From positions 691-64,690 of the forward strand of contig JAGGTI010000127.1 in assembly GCA_021163775.1 (NCBI GenBank): a DNA stretch of 64,000 nt, in the 5' to 3' direction. The position numbers and the translations under genes were made by a program. This document shows, one piece after another, positions 28,759 through 38,124 of this stretch (position 1 is its first letter; every line of letters starts with the position of its first letter). Under the pieces are notes generated by a model. The model searched no databases and had not been told where the DNA came from. It was given only the letters and a program-made list of their open reading frames with translations. The DNA comes from Candidatus Zixiibacteriota bacterium. GTDB lineage: Bacteria > Zixibacteria > MSB-5A5 > GN15 > FEB-12.

Positions 28759-31668
28759 ATGCGTATTAGAAGCCGCCTGAACATAATAGCCTCGATTCTG
28801 CTCACAATCGGAGTATTTCTATCCAGCCCACAGTTTTCAGCCGCGGCTGACACTGGTGATCTTGGTTGGTTACAAGAACCGCAGTTTGTTACTAACGGGC
28901 GGGTATCCGTGGTTATATTTCTCGAAAATGATGATCTTCGGGATCAGGTGGAAAGGACTTCCTCGGTCGGACCGCTGAGCCGATCGGTACGGATCAAGTC
29001 GGTGAGTCGTAGTCTCCAGTCATATGTACCGTCACAGGCGGCGGAAATTAAACAATATCTGGATCAGGTTTCTACCGAAGAAGTGGTTCGTTTTTGGATC
29101 GTTCCAGCTTTTTCCGCAACTTTGGATCAAGCCCAAATACTGGACCTTGCGGCGATGCCTGGTGTTTACAAAATAGTCCCTGATCTTGGAATAGAAAATA
29201 TTGAGCCGGTCGAGATTCGAACTTCGGATGCTATCGCGACTTCATCCTCCAGTCATCTTCAAATGCTCAACGTGCCGTATCTCTGGAGCCTTGGCCTGAC
29301 TGGAGCCGGACGCCTGGTATGTTCTTTTGATACCGGGGTAGAGCAGTCGCATCCAGCCCTCTCGGGCAACTGGCGCGGCAACTCGGCTTCCTTGTCGTCC
29401 GCGTGGTTTTCAACAATAACCCCAAACTCGTTACCCACTGACAACGCTGACCATGGCACCCACACTATGGGTACTATGATAGGAGTTGACGGGGCCGATA
29501 CAATTGGTGTGGCACCGGGTGCCGAGTGGATTACGGCCGGTGTAATCGATCAGGGGAAATCACTCCAGGGGACTTTTTCAGATATTTTGGCCGCTTTCCA
29601 ATGGGCCTTGAATCCAGATGGTGACACGGCTACTACCGATGATGTTCCTGATGTAATCCTGAATTCCTGGGGCGTACCCGCCTCTCTGCTCGGGCCGTGT
29701 GATGATACCTTCTTCGCCGCCATTGACAATGTTGAAGCGGCCGGGATTGTGTGTATTTTCTCTGCCGGCAACGAAGGCCCAGCCCCATCAACTTTGCGCA
29801 ACCCGGCCAATCGGGCATCATCGCCGCTGAATGCTTTTTCGGTCGGAGCGGTTGACAACGATCGGGTAGTCGCCAGTTTTTCATCGCGGGGACCGGGTGG
29901 TTGCGGATTGACTTCTATCAAACCGGAAATCGTCGCCCCTGGGATAGCAATCCGGTCGGCGTCCAAGACTGGTGGGTACAAGCTAATGAGCGGTACTTCG
30001 ATGGCGGCCCCGTTTATTGCCGGCCTGGTGGCACTCTGTCGTCAGTACAGTCCGGACGCTACGGTTGAAGAGATCAAATGGGCGATTATTAACGCCTCGG
30101 AAGACCTGGGTGTGGAGGGTGAAGATAACGCGTATGGTTATGGTTTCCCTGATGCCGCCAAGTTGCTGGAGTATCTTTCCAGCCCGGATAATCCACATTT
30201 TCAATTGGTTGGCTCTTCAGTCTCCGACGACGGCATAGCCTCGCCAGGTGAGACAGTGGAACTGAACCTTACCCTTATCAGGACCGGTGGTTCGGTAGAA
30301 TTGGTAACCGGCCATTTGATCGCCGAAAACGAAACCGACATTCAGGTTGTTTCAGGCGTGGCCGATTTCTTTTTCGGCTTTTCCGGGACGACTTCTAATG
30401 GCAGTCAGGCTTTTCAACTACAGCTTAACCCCGATCTTCTCAATGGTTCCGAGTTTACTCTGGCTCTGAGTGTACGCGATACTACCGGTCAGGTATATGA
30501 TTCGCTGAACTTCGTGCTTCCCATTGGTTTTGCACCGAATGGAACGATGGCCGATCACAGCTCGGCTGAACTCGAGTTCACCGTATCGGATTTCGGCCAG
30601 TATGGTCTGGCGCCGGGATCTATTTACAATGTCGGTGGACAGGGGTTCCGCTACGCCGGAAGTGATAACTTGTTATACGAAGCGGGCATTATCATTGGTC
30701 GCAGTTCACTTCAGTTATCGAGTTCGGTTCGTGATGAAAACGGTTTATTTACTCCGTCTGACTTTGTACCGGAAATCGGCTTGTCGGACGAAATACTCGG
30801 AACCGACTTTGCTGTTCATCGGACTGCTCGCATGGTCGATGAAGCCTCCGAAGTGTCAATACCTGTGGCGGTCAATCAGATTACTTCTGACTTCGGTCCA
30901 GCCGGTGACGACGGAATCTTGTTGATCCGGTATCAACTGGTCAACACCTCCCTGACCACAATAAACGATCTGTACTTCGGTTTCCTGTCAGATTTTGACA
31001 TGATTGGCGGGTCGGAACAACTCAGCCTGACTCCCGACCTCAACTTGATCAGTCAGACCAGCACCATCGGTCAGGCGATTGGGTTACTTGGACTCTCGGG
31101 CCTTACGAGTTTCCATGTTGTCGAAAATGTCGGTGTCAAGACCGGGTTAAGTCGTTTGAATCAGTTTGAGATGATCTCATCGCCCGGCACTGTTATACCC
31201 GATCAACCCGGAGATTACCTGACCATAATCAGTGGCGGACCGTTCTCATTGGTACCCGGTGATTCAGTCGAAATTGCCATCGCCCTGCTTGCTGGTGCCG
31301 ATGTCGATCAGGTGAATCTGCGTGCGATTCGTGCTCGCGAACTATATATGTCGCCAACCGGTATTGATTTTCCGCTTAGCTCACTGCCTGATGGTTTCCA
31401 GTTGCACCAAAATTACCCTAATCCGTTCAATCCTACCACATTAATAGCTTTTGATCTTCCGGTGGCTGGTGATGTGTCACTACAGGTGTTCAACCTGTTG
31501 GGCCAGCAAGTAAGACAGCTTCACTCAGGCTATCTTAGTGTCGGAAATCATCTGGTTGAGTGGGATGGTCGTACCGATAACGGGTCGGGTGTGGCTTCCG
31601 GAGTCTACTTCTATCGGCTAACTACCAGTGAATACTCGCAATCCCGGAAAATGGTGCTTTTGCGCTAA
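28759..31668 (+). CDS. S8 family (subtilisin-like) serine peptidase with T9SS type-A C-terminal sorting domain
   Basis: The catalytic triad motifs are SFDTGV (Asp), HGTHTMGTM (His) and GTSMAAPFIAG (Ser). The C-terminus reads NYPNPFNPTTLIAFDL...GVYFYRLTT...KMVLLR. I prefer the ATG at 28759 (MRIRSRLNIIASILL signal peptide) over 28735. Confidence 0.9.
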   Translation: MRIRSRLNIIASILLTIGVFLSSPQFSAAADTGDLGWLQEPQFVTNGRVSVVIFLENDDLRDQVERTSSVGPLSRSVRIKSVSRSLQSYVPSQAAEIKQYLDQVSTEEVVRFWIVPAFSATLDQAQILDLAAMPGVYKIVPDLGIENIEPVEIRTSDAIATSSSSHLQMLNVPYLWSLGLTGAGRLVCSFDTGVEQSHPALSGNWRGNSASLSSAWFSTITPNSLPTDNADHGTHTMGTMIGVDGADTIGVAPGAEWITAGVIDQGKSLQGTFSDILAAFQWALNPDGDTATTDDVPDVILNSWGVPASLLGPCDDTFFAAIDNVEAAGIVCIFSAGNEGPAPSTLRNPANRASSPLNAFSVGAVDNDRVVASFSSRGPGGCGLTSIKPEIVAPGIAIRSASKTGGYKLMSGTSMAAPFIAGLVALCRQYSPDATVEEIKWAIINASEDLGVEGEDNAYGYGFPDAAKLLEYLSSPDNPHFQLVGSSVSDDGIASPGETVELNLTLIRTGGSVELVTGHLIAENETDIQVVSGVADFFFGFSGTTSNGSQAFQLQLNPDLLNGSEFTLALSVRDTTGQVYDSLNFVLPIGFAPNGTMADHSSAELEFTVSDFGQYGLAPGSIYNVGGQGFRYAGSDNLLYEAGIIIGRSSLQLSSSVRDENGLFTPSDFVPEIGLSDEILGTDFAVHRTARMVDEASEVSIPVAVNQITSDFGPAGDDGILLIRYQLVNTSLTTINDLYFGFLSDFDMIGGSEQLSLTPDLNLISQTSTIGQAIGLLGLSGLTSFHVVENVGVKTGLSRLNQFEMISSPGTVIPDQPGDYLTIISGGPFSLVPGDSVEIAIALLAGADVDQVNLRAIRARELYMSPTGIDFPLSSLPDGFQLHQNYPNPFNPTTLIAFDLPVAGDVSLQVFNLLGQQVRQLHSGYLSVGNHLVEWDGRTDNGSGVASGVYFYRLTTSEYSQSRKMVLLR

Positions 31669-31760
31669 CCGATATCGTTCTATATTAAAAATTGAACATT
31701 TTGAATCACATCTCGTTTAGTTGAGTATGTGAGTATAGTTGAACCATGAGGTATGTGTAA

Positions 31761-33914
31761 ATGTCATTTCGCACCCAGTTTGTAAGTCTCCTTCTGATTA
31801 TGGCGTTGCTTATCCCGTGCGCCGCCGTTCAAGCCGTTCCGCCGTCGCCGGAAGCCAAGGCCAAGTTCATCGCCGATGGCACCTGGCCGCAGATAGTGGC
31901 CGACCTGAAAGCCTTTGATGCGGCTCAGGATCCCGACATGTACGAGCGATCCGCAAACCTGCACCTTGACCGTTACAAATCCAAGCTCGCCCTCAGCGCC
32001 GATGCTGTGGACACAGTACGGGTGGCTGTGATCCTGGTGGATTTCCCTGATTTCCATTACGATGCTGACAGCTATCCTATTCCGGGTGGCGACACGCTCT
32101 TCTGCAATATCGCCGGAACGCCGGCCATGTTTGATTCTATACTGTTCTCTCAACGGGGTATCGATGCGGTCTCTAATCCGACCGGTTCCATGACCGAATG
32201 GTACCTGGAAAACTCGTACGGTAGCTATTTCATTCAGGGCGATGTTTTCGGTTGGTATCGAGCACCGAATAACTATTCTGACTACGTTGGTGACAACAAC
32301 GGTATGGGTGGTGGTGCTTTGCTGGCTTCCGATGCTGTGAAGGCGGCCGATGCGGACGGAGTTGATTTTAGCCCGTATGGCAATGGTGGATATTCCGTTC
32401 CCGGCGTCATAATTATTCACGCCGGTCCGGGAGCTGAGGAGGGCGCTTACGGCATCTGGTCGCATCGTAGTAGTATGTATCCCGGTGTCAGTACTGATGG
32501 CGTATCTCTCTCGGGCTACACGATGCAACCGGAGGAGCGGCACAACCAGGCTTCACTTGTCCATATGGGCGTTTTCTGTCACGAATGGGGTCATATTCTG
32601 GGTGCAGTGGACTGGTATGATATTTCCTATACGCCCGGTTCAGTAGGTCTTGGTAAGTGGTGTATCATGTCTGGTGGAAGTTGGAACAATGGTGGCCGCA
32701 CCCCGGCCCATTTCAACTGCTGGACCAAGTACCGCATCGGCTTTGGTGAAATGCAATGGCTGACCGAGAACTACCCGAACGCGCCGATACCGCAAGCCGA
32801 GTTCTCTCCGACTGCCTACTGTTTAAGACAAAACCCCGTTGCAGGCGGCGGCGGTGAGTTCTGGTTTGTCGAAAACCGCCAACAGGTCGGTTTTGACGAG
32901 TTCCTGCCCGGACACGGTTTGCTGATCTACCACTTTGACGGCTCGGCCCCAAACAATACCGATCCCTATCACTATCGACTTGCGGTGGAAGAAGCCGATG
33001 GACGCCGTGATTTAGCCTTCAATGGTAGTAGTGGTCAAGACTCCGACCCATTTCCAGGAACTTGGAACAACCGAACTTTCCACGCCTTTACTGTCCCTGA
33101 TTCACGCACCAACGCAGGCGAAGTGACCGAAGTCAGCGTGCTGAATGTATCTGATTCCGATTCGATCATGTACGCCGACCTGAATGTCTTTTATGCCATG
33201 CCCTACCTCATTCTGGTAGATGATTCTTTGACCGCCACTGATGACCCCCCCGGCGGCAACGGCGATGGCAACTTCGAGCAGGGCGAAACGGTGGAGATGT
33301 ATCTCGAAGTCAAGAACATCATGCGTAATGCATTCTGGCCTACGTTGCATCTCGATGTTGACAACCCGAATGTTGAAATACTTCAGAATGATCAGGGGAT
33401 GGGTTCGTCGCTCAACCCGGTTCTGTTCAGAGTCACCAATACCGAACCGATTATCTTCCATATCCCGGATGACTTTGTCTCAGCGGTTGCGCATTTCACA
33501 TTTACGATTACGTCCGACAGCGCGTTTACGGGGGGGCATGATCGGGCTTTCACGAACACTTTTGAATTCGATATAACGCTCGGTTCGGCTACCGCGGTGG
33601 AAGACAACACCACCGACAACTTGTTGCCGACCAGTTTTGCTCTTGACCAGAACTACCCGAACCCGTTCAACCCGAGTACCACGATTTCGTATTCGATTGA
33701 AGCTGGTCAGGTAGGGCAGACCAACCTGGCGATTTTCAATGTTCTTGGCCAGAAAGTGGCGACCTTGGTCGATCAGGTGCAGGGACCGGGTTACTACTCT
33801 GTTGAGTGGTCCGGGCGCGGGGCTGATGGCAGTCCGGTGGCTTCAGGTATTTACTTTTATCGCCTTACCAATGGTGACCGATCCGAGACCAGAAAGTTGA
33901 TGTTACTTAAGTAA
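31761..33914 (+). CDS. M6-family (InhA-like) zinc metalloprotease with T9SS type-A C-terminal sorting domain
   Basis: The product has a signal peptide and the zinc motif VFCHEWGHILG. The C-terminus reads NYPNPFNPSTTISYSI...GIYFYRLTN...KLMLLK, closely parallel to the upstream S8 protein. Confidence 0.8.
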   Translation: MSFRTQFVSLLLIMALLIPCAAVQAVPPSPEAKAKFIADGTWPQIVADLKAFDAAQDPDMYERSANLHLDRYKSKLALSADAVDTVRVAVILVDFPDFHYDADSYPIPGGDTLFCNIAGTPAMFDSILFSQRGIDAVSNPTGSMTEWYLENSYGSYFIQGDVFGWYRAPNNYSDYVGDNNGMGGGALLASDAVKAADADGVDFSPYGNGGYSVPGVIIIHAGPGAEEGAYGIWSHRSSMYPGVSTDGVSLSGYTMQPEERHNQASLVHMGVFCHEWGHILGAVDWYDISYTPGSVGLGKWCIMSGGSWNNGGRTPAHFNCWTKYRIGFGEMQWLTENYPNAPIPQAEFSPTAYCLRQNPVAGGGGEFWFVENRQQVGFDEFLPGHGLLIYHFDGSAPNNTDPYHYRLAVEEADGRRDLAFNGSSGQDSDPFPGTWNNRTFHAFTVPDSRTNAGEVTEVSVLNVSDSDSIMYADLNVFYAMPYLILVDDSLTATDDPPGGNGDGNFEQGETVEMYLEVKNIMRNAFWPTLHLDVDNPNVEILQNDQGMGSSLNPVLFRVTNTEPIIFHIPDDFVSAVAHFTFTITSDSAFTGGHDRAFTNTFEFDITLGSATAVEDNTTDNLLPTSFALDQNYPNPFNPSTTISYSIEAGQVGQTNLAIFNVLGQKVATLVDQVQGPGYYSVEWSGRGADGSPVASGIYFYRLTNGDRSETRKLMLLK

Positions 33915-33938
33915 TATTTTGTATTCTTTTTGTTTTCT

Positions 33939-33975
33939 TTCCGGCCGGCCCCTTGTGGGGGCCGGCCGGAAGTTT
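33939..33975 (+). terminator. GC-rich hairpin terminator
   Basis: A 14-bp perfect stem, ttccggccggcccc / ggggccggccggaa, has a 5-nt loop. The downstream T-tract is weak (gttta). Confidence 0.6.
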
Positions 33976-34034
33976 ATGTGTCACAAGGCATTGATGTGGA
34001 AGGGCTGAAGTTTGACGATTTTAGTGTGAATCAC

Positions 34035-34062
34035 TTGACAATTTCTCCGATCTAAGTATAAT
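34035..34062 (+). promoter_or_regulatory. Near-consensus sigma-70 promoter of the fur-feoAB operon
   Basis: TTGACA (34035-34040), a 16-nt spacer, then TATAAT (34057-34062). Confidence 0.55.
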
Positions 34063-34072
34063 ACAAGCTGAA

Positions 34073-34091
34073 AATGAAAGTCGTTTTCATT
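34073..34091. promoter_or_regulatory. Fur-box-like inverted repeat (candidate operator)
   Basis: The site reads AATGAAA-gtcgt-TTTCATT and starts 11 nt downstream of the -10 hexamer. Its half-sites AATGA/TCATT match the core of the classical Fur box, but the spacing differs. Confidence 0.4.
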
Positions 34092-34135
34092 AACGTGTTG
34101 GATATGAAAGCGGTTGATGAAGGTGAGTTAAAGTC

Positions 34136-34579
34136 ATGGCCATGAAAGAGTTTCTGAGAACGAAAGGCTTCAAGATGACTCCCCAGCGGGATTTGATCTT
34201 CAAGTCGTTTTTTGAAATGGATCGTCATGTTTCGGTCGACGAATTGTACGACCGTGTGCGCCAACTGAATTCATCGGTCGGTTACAGTACCGTTTGGCGG
34301 AATCTCAAACTGATTTGCAAGATTGGTTTAGCGGAAGAAGTGAATTTAGGTGATGGGGTTACACGTTACGATCGCGTAACCAAGGTTCCTCACGGCCACA
34401 TGTATTGCTTGAAGTGCAAAGAACTGATTGAGTTCAATGTCGACCATATTATGGACTTTCTTACCGTCACCGCAAACGAGAACAATTTTCTGCCTGAAGG
34501 TTACAAGATAGAGATCCAGGGTTACTGCGCCAAGTGCCGCGAAACAATGTCCGAAGATAACGGAGACCGACTGACATGA
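34136..34579 (+). CDS. fur: Fur family transcriptional regulator
   Basis: The 147-aa product has an N-terminal winged helix (KMTPQRDLIFKSFFEMDRHVSVDELYDRV), a metal-site HGH, and two CxxC pairs (CLKC, CAKC). It lies directly upstream of feoAB. Confidence 0.85.
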   Translation: MAMKEFLRTKGFKMTPQRDLIFKSFFEMDRHVSVDELYDRVRQLNSSVGYSTVWRNLKLICKIGLAEEVNLGDGVTRYDRVTKVPHGHMYCLKCKELIEFNVDHIMDFLTVTANENNFLPEGYKIEIQGYCAKCRETMSEDNGDRLT

Positions 34580-34806
34580 CCTACCTTGACAAACTGATTC
34601 CCGGACAATCCGCCCGTGTCGTTGGCTACAAGAGCGATGGTCCTATTTCTCGTCGCCTGGCTGAACTTGGTCTCACGCCGGGGCGGCAGATTGTGTATCT
34701 CCGCAACGCTCCGCTGAAAGATCCTCTTCAACTTCAGTTAGGCTCCGGTAGTCTTTCTCTACGCCATGCACAGGCCGCGTTGATCGCAGTTGAGATTGAA
34801 GATTAG
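34576..34806 (+). CDS. feoA: FeoA family protein
   Basis: The 76-aa SH3-like product reads LIPGQSARVVGY...RRLAELGLTPGRQIVYLRNAPLKDPLQLQL. The gene overlaps the fur stop by 4 nt. Confidence 0.85.
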   Translation: MTYLDKLIPGQSARVVGYKSDGPISRRLAELGLTPGRQIVYLRNAPLKDPLQLQLGSGSLSLRHAQAALIAVEIED

Positions 34807-34814
34807 GACTTTCA

Positions 34815-37097
34815 ATGTCAATGAGTCGTGCTAAGGGAGATCGGGACACACCGCGATCGGATGTCAACGAACCAACTATCGCCATTTGTGGTAATCCAAA
34901 CTGTGGCAAAACAACTCTTTTCAACGCACTTACCGGGCTAAATCAACATGTTGGTAACTATCCCGGAGTCACTGTTGAGAAAACAGTTGGTTCATTTCAA
35001 GTAGGTCATGGCTCAAGTAAGAAATTTCGATTGTTGGATACTCCCGGCAGTTACTCGCTTTCGGCCTTCTCTCCTGATGAATATATAGCAATGCGTGCCT
35101 TGTCAGGTGATATTGAGGGTGAATCTCGCCCTGATGTTATTCTCTGTGTAATTGACGCCACCAGACTTGAGCGGGGTTTGTACCTGTTATTTCAGGTTAT
35201 GCAGGTTGGCAAACCAGTGGTCGTGGCACTGAACATGATTGATACGGCCATGCGTCATGGGACCACCATTAAAGTTAATCAACTGTCCAGTGAACTCGGC
35301 GGTGTACCGGTGGTTCCGATCGTGGCAAATAGACATCGCGGTATCGGAAAGCTCAAGGAAGCAATTGTGGCGACGGTTGATAATCCCCGCCCGTTTGTTA
35401 CGCAGGCCTATGATGATGTAACTATACAGGCGATACGCGAACTGATGGACGTGTCACGTAACGGTTCCCGCACTGGTGCCCAATACATTCGTTTGTTATA
35501 TGACCGGAATGGACCAGCTGAGGTCGCTTTTCTGAAAAGGGAAGGTTCTGACAAACTGGAACTGGTGGAAAGTTTACGTGAACGCATAGTTCAGAAGTTC
35601 GGTGCTCTTTCAGTAGGGGAGACGTCTCCTTTGTCAAACCGGGCGGAGACTATCATTGATAAAGTGATGAATCGCAGGAAAGGTCAGCAGGCAACCCGCT
35701 CTGAGCGAATTGATCGTTTTCTGTTGCACCCATTGTTAGGTCCGTTCTTTCTGTTGGCGGTTATGATGTTAATGTTTCAGTCGGTTTTCACCTGGGCTGG
35801 ACCAATCATGAATCTGATAGACAGTACGTTTGGACTGTTGGGGGTACAGGTCGAAGGTATGATGGTCGAAGGTCCATTGCGTTCGATGATTGTTGATGGC
35901 GTAATTGGTGGTGTCGGCTCGGTTTTGATATTCCTGCCACAGATTATCATTTTATTTTTGTTCATCGCTTTATTTGAAGATTCCGGATATATGGCCCGAG
36001 CCGCGTTTATAGTCGATCGTTTGTTTGGCTGGTGCGGCTTATCAGGTAAGGCGTTTGTGCCGTTGTTGTCCTCGTTTGCCTGTGCTGTCCCAGGTATTAT
36101 GGCTACCCGTACAATTGAAAACAGCCGCTTGCGGCTAATTACTATCATGATTGCTCCGTTGATGAGTTGCTCTGCAAGATTGCCAATATATACGATTATG
36201 ATCGCCGCGTTCATTCCCAGCACGACCTGTCTTGGTCTGTTTAATCTGCAGGGTTTGGTACTTGCCAGTTTATACCTGTTGGGGGTATTCGTTGCGGTTA
36301 TTATTGCGTTTTTAGTGAGTCGCTTCGCTTATGATGGGGAACGGGTGACTTTTATGATGGATATACCATCGTACACAGTACCGACTGTTCGATCAATTTC
36401 TCTCCGCATATACAACCGGGTTAAGTCATTTATAACGCGCGCCGGAACTGTTATACTGGCGATCACAATTGTTATCTGGGCCTTGAGTTACTATCCGCGT
36501 TCGCCTCAAATCGCGGTTGAATACGAAAGACAAGCTGATCAAATTGAAGCTTGGTATGCGGTAGAGTTGGAACGTCCGGAAACTGCAACCGAGGCTGGTC
36601 GCCTGGAAGTTGAGAACCATCGGAGTGCCGCCTACGATAAGTTGACACGCGAACAAGCGGGTGCCTATCTGCGAAACTCTTACTTTGGTCGGATCGGGCG
36701 TATGGTGGCGCCGGCCTTTGCACCGCTCGGTTGGGATTGGAAAATAACAATGGCCACGCTGGCTGCATTCCCAGCCAGGGAGGTGCTTATCGCGACTATG
36801 GGCACGATATATAACCTCGGTTCGGAAACAGAGTTGCCTTCGTCATTGATTGACAAAATGCGTAGCGACACCTGGGAATCAGGAGATAAAATTGGCCAGC
36901 CTGTTTTTTCGGTTGCAGTTGCCTTGTCAGTAATGGTTTTCTTCGCGCTCTGTGCTCAATGTGGTGCTACGTTGGTTACTATCGGCCATGAAACCTCGCA
37001 TTATCGATATGCTGTGATTGCTTTTTCGTACATGACCTCTTTGGCTTACGTGATGGCTTTTATTGTCTATCAAGTGGCTCATAGGATGGGATTGTGA
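34815..37097 (+). CDS. feoB: Ferrous iron transporter FeoB
   Basis: The 760-aa product has an N-terminal G-domain (IAICGNPNCGKTTLFNALTG, DTPG) followed by a polytopic membrane domain with gate motifs. Confidence 0.95.
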   Translation: MSMSRAKGDRDTPRSDVNEPTIAICGNPNCGKTTLFNALTGLNQHVGNYPGVTVEKTVGSFQVGHGSSKKFRLLDTPGSYSLSAFSPDEYIAMRALSGDIEGESRPDVILCVIDATRLERGLYLLFQVMQVGKPVVVALNMIDTAMRHGTTIKVNQLSSELGGVPVVPIVANRHRGIGKLKEAIVATVDNPRPFVTQAYDDVTIQAIRELMDVSRNGSRTGAQYIRLLYDRNGPAEVAFLKREGSDKLELVESLRERIVQKFGALSVGETSPLSNRAETIIDKVMNRRKGQQATRSERIDRFLLHPLLGPFFLLAVMMLMFQSVFTWAGPIMNLIDSTFGLLGVQVEGMMVEGPLRSMIVDGVIGGVGSVLIFLPQIIILFLFIALFEDSGYMARAAFIVDRLFGWCGLSGKAFVPLLSSFACAVPGIMATRTIENSRLRLITIMIAPLMSCSARLPIYTIMIAAFIPSTTCLGLFNLQGLVLASLYLLGVFVAVIIAFLVSRFAYDGERVTFMMDIPSYTVPTVRSISLRIYNRVKSFITRAGTVILAITIVIWALSYYPRSPQIAVEYERQADQIEAWYAVELERPETATEAGRLEVENHRSAAYDKLTREQAGAYLRNSYFGRIGRMVAPAFAPLGWDWKITMATLAAFPAREVLIATMGTIYNLGSETELPSSLIDKMRSDTWESGDKIGQPVFSVAVALSVMVFFALCAQCGATLVTIGHETSHYRYAVIAFSYMTSLAYVMAFIVYQVAHRMGL

Positions 37098-37273
37098 TGT
37101 TTGAAATGTGGCAGGATTGGGTAATACTGTTTGCGGTTCTGGGGGCGGCCGCTTACCTGGTAAACCGTTTCATCCACTGGCGTCATTGCCGAAGTGCTTG
37201 CCCCAATTGCAAGCTTAGGGAAATGATGTTTGAAAAAGATGAGAAAAACACCAAAAGTCAGTCTACTGATTGA
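37097..37273 (+). CDS. FeoB-associated Cys-rich membrane protein (58 aa; below the ORF-track cutoff)
   Basis: I translated it as MFEMWQDWVILFAVLGAAAYLVNRFIHWRHCRSACPNCKLREMMFEKDEKNTKSQSTD. Its ATG overlaps the feoB TGA (TGATG). The product has one TM helix followed by a Cys cluster, C-x3-C-x2-C. Confidence 0.55.
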   Translation: MFEMWQDWVILFAVLGAAAYLVNRFIHWRHCRSACPNCKLREMMFEKDEKNTKSQSTD

Positions 37274-37317
37274 CTTCTTTGCCGGCTCGTCCCTATATTT
37301 CCGTCCGCAGGTAACCT

Positions 37318-38124
37318 ATGGTCAGTTCTTCACCTATGTTGTTGGGGCAATATCGCCCGCTGGACTCTTTTCTCCACCGGCTTGACGTTCGTTCCAAATT
37401 GGTACCGGTTCTGTTGGTGATGGTTTTGGGGTTGCTGACCGACTCTCTGTTTTTCTACATCTTTTCACTGGTGGTACTCATAAGCGGTTTGGCTTTTTCT
37501 GGTGTCAGTGTTGCCGCTATTGGTCGCAGTTTCAAGCCGATTATGATTCTGGTCGCAATCACTTTTGCTTACCACATTATTTTCACGGGTCAGGACGGTG
37601 AACCTTTGGTGGAGTTGTTCGGGTTCACTATTACTGAATTGAATCTGTCGCGGGCCGCTTTTTTCTCGACTCGGCTACTATTATTTGTAAGCGTTGTCTT
37701 TCTTGTAACGTTAACCAGTTCACCATCAGAACTGGCTGAGGCCCTTGCTCGTATTCTGCGTCCATTGGAACGAATAGGTATCCCGGCCGATGATCTTGGC
37801 TTGGTGCTGTTTATCGCCATCAGGTTTATTCCTATCCTGACCCAGGAGTTTCAGGCGATACGTGACGCCCAGGTGATTCGCGGTGTGGATTTCTCCGGTA
37901 GCCTGGTCAACCGGGTCCGCAGGATAGTCACCGTTATTATCCCGGTGCTTGTGGCGGCGATTGCTCGTGCTGATGAACTGGCACTGGCGATGGAGGCTCG
38001 AGGTTACCGTAGCGGTCGGTGTAGGACTTTCTATACTCATGTTAGGTTTGATCAATCTGCCTGGGTTTTTGCTCTGGGCAGTTCGCTATTGTTGGGGTTG
38101 GCTTTTTACATTACGGGGCGGTGA
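37318..38124 (+). CDS. ecfT: Energy-coupling factor transporter transmembrane subunit EcfT
   Basis: The 268-aa CbiQ-family membrane protein has the conserved C-terminal coupling helices (AIRDAQVIRGV, ALAMEARGY). It overlaps truA by 4 nt. Confidence 0.8.
   Translation: MVSSSPMLLGQYRPLDSFLHRLDVRSKLVPVLLVMVLGLLTDSLFFYIFSLVVLISGLAFSGVSVAAIGRSFKPIMILVAITFAYHIIFTGQDGEPLVELFGFTITELNLSRAAFFSTRLLLFVSVVFLVTLTSSPSELAEALARILRPLERIGIPADDLGLVLFIAIRFIPILTQEFQAIRDAQVIRGVDFSGSLVNRVRRIVTVIIPVLVAAIARADELALAMEARGYRSGRCRTFYTHVRFDQSAWVFALGSSLLLGLAFYITGR

Noticed and set aside
31764-32543. A 259-aa minus-strand ORF antisense to the M6 metalloprotease gene
   Set aside because: The plus-strand ORF carries HEWGH and a T9SS tail. 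The antisense translation is Arg/Gly/Ile-rich with no recognisable family.
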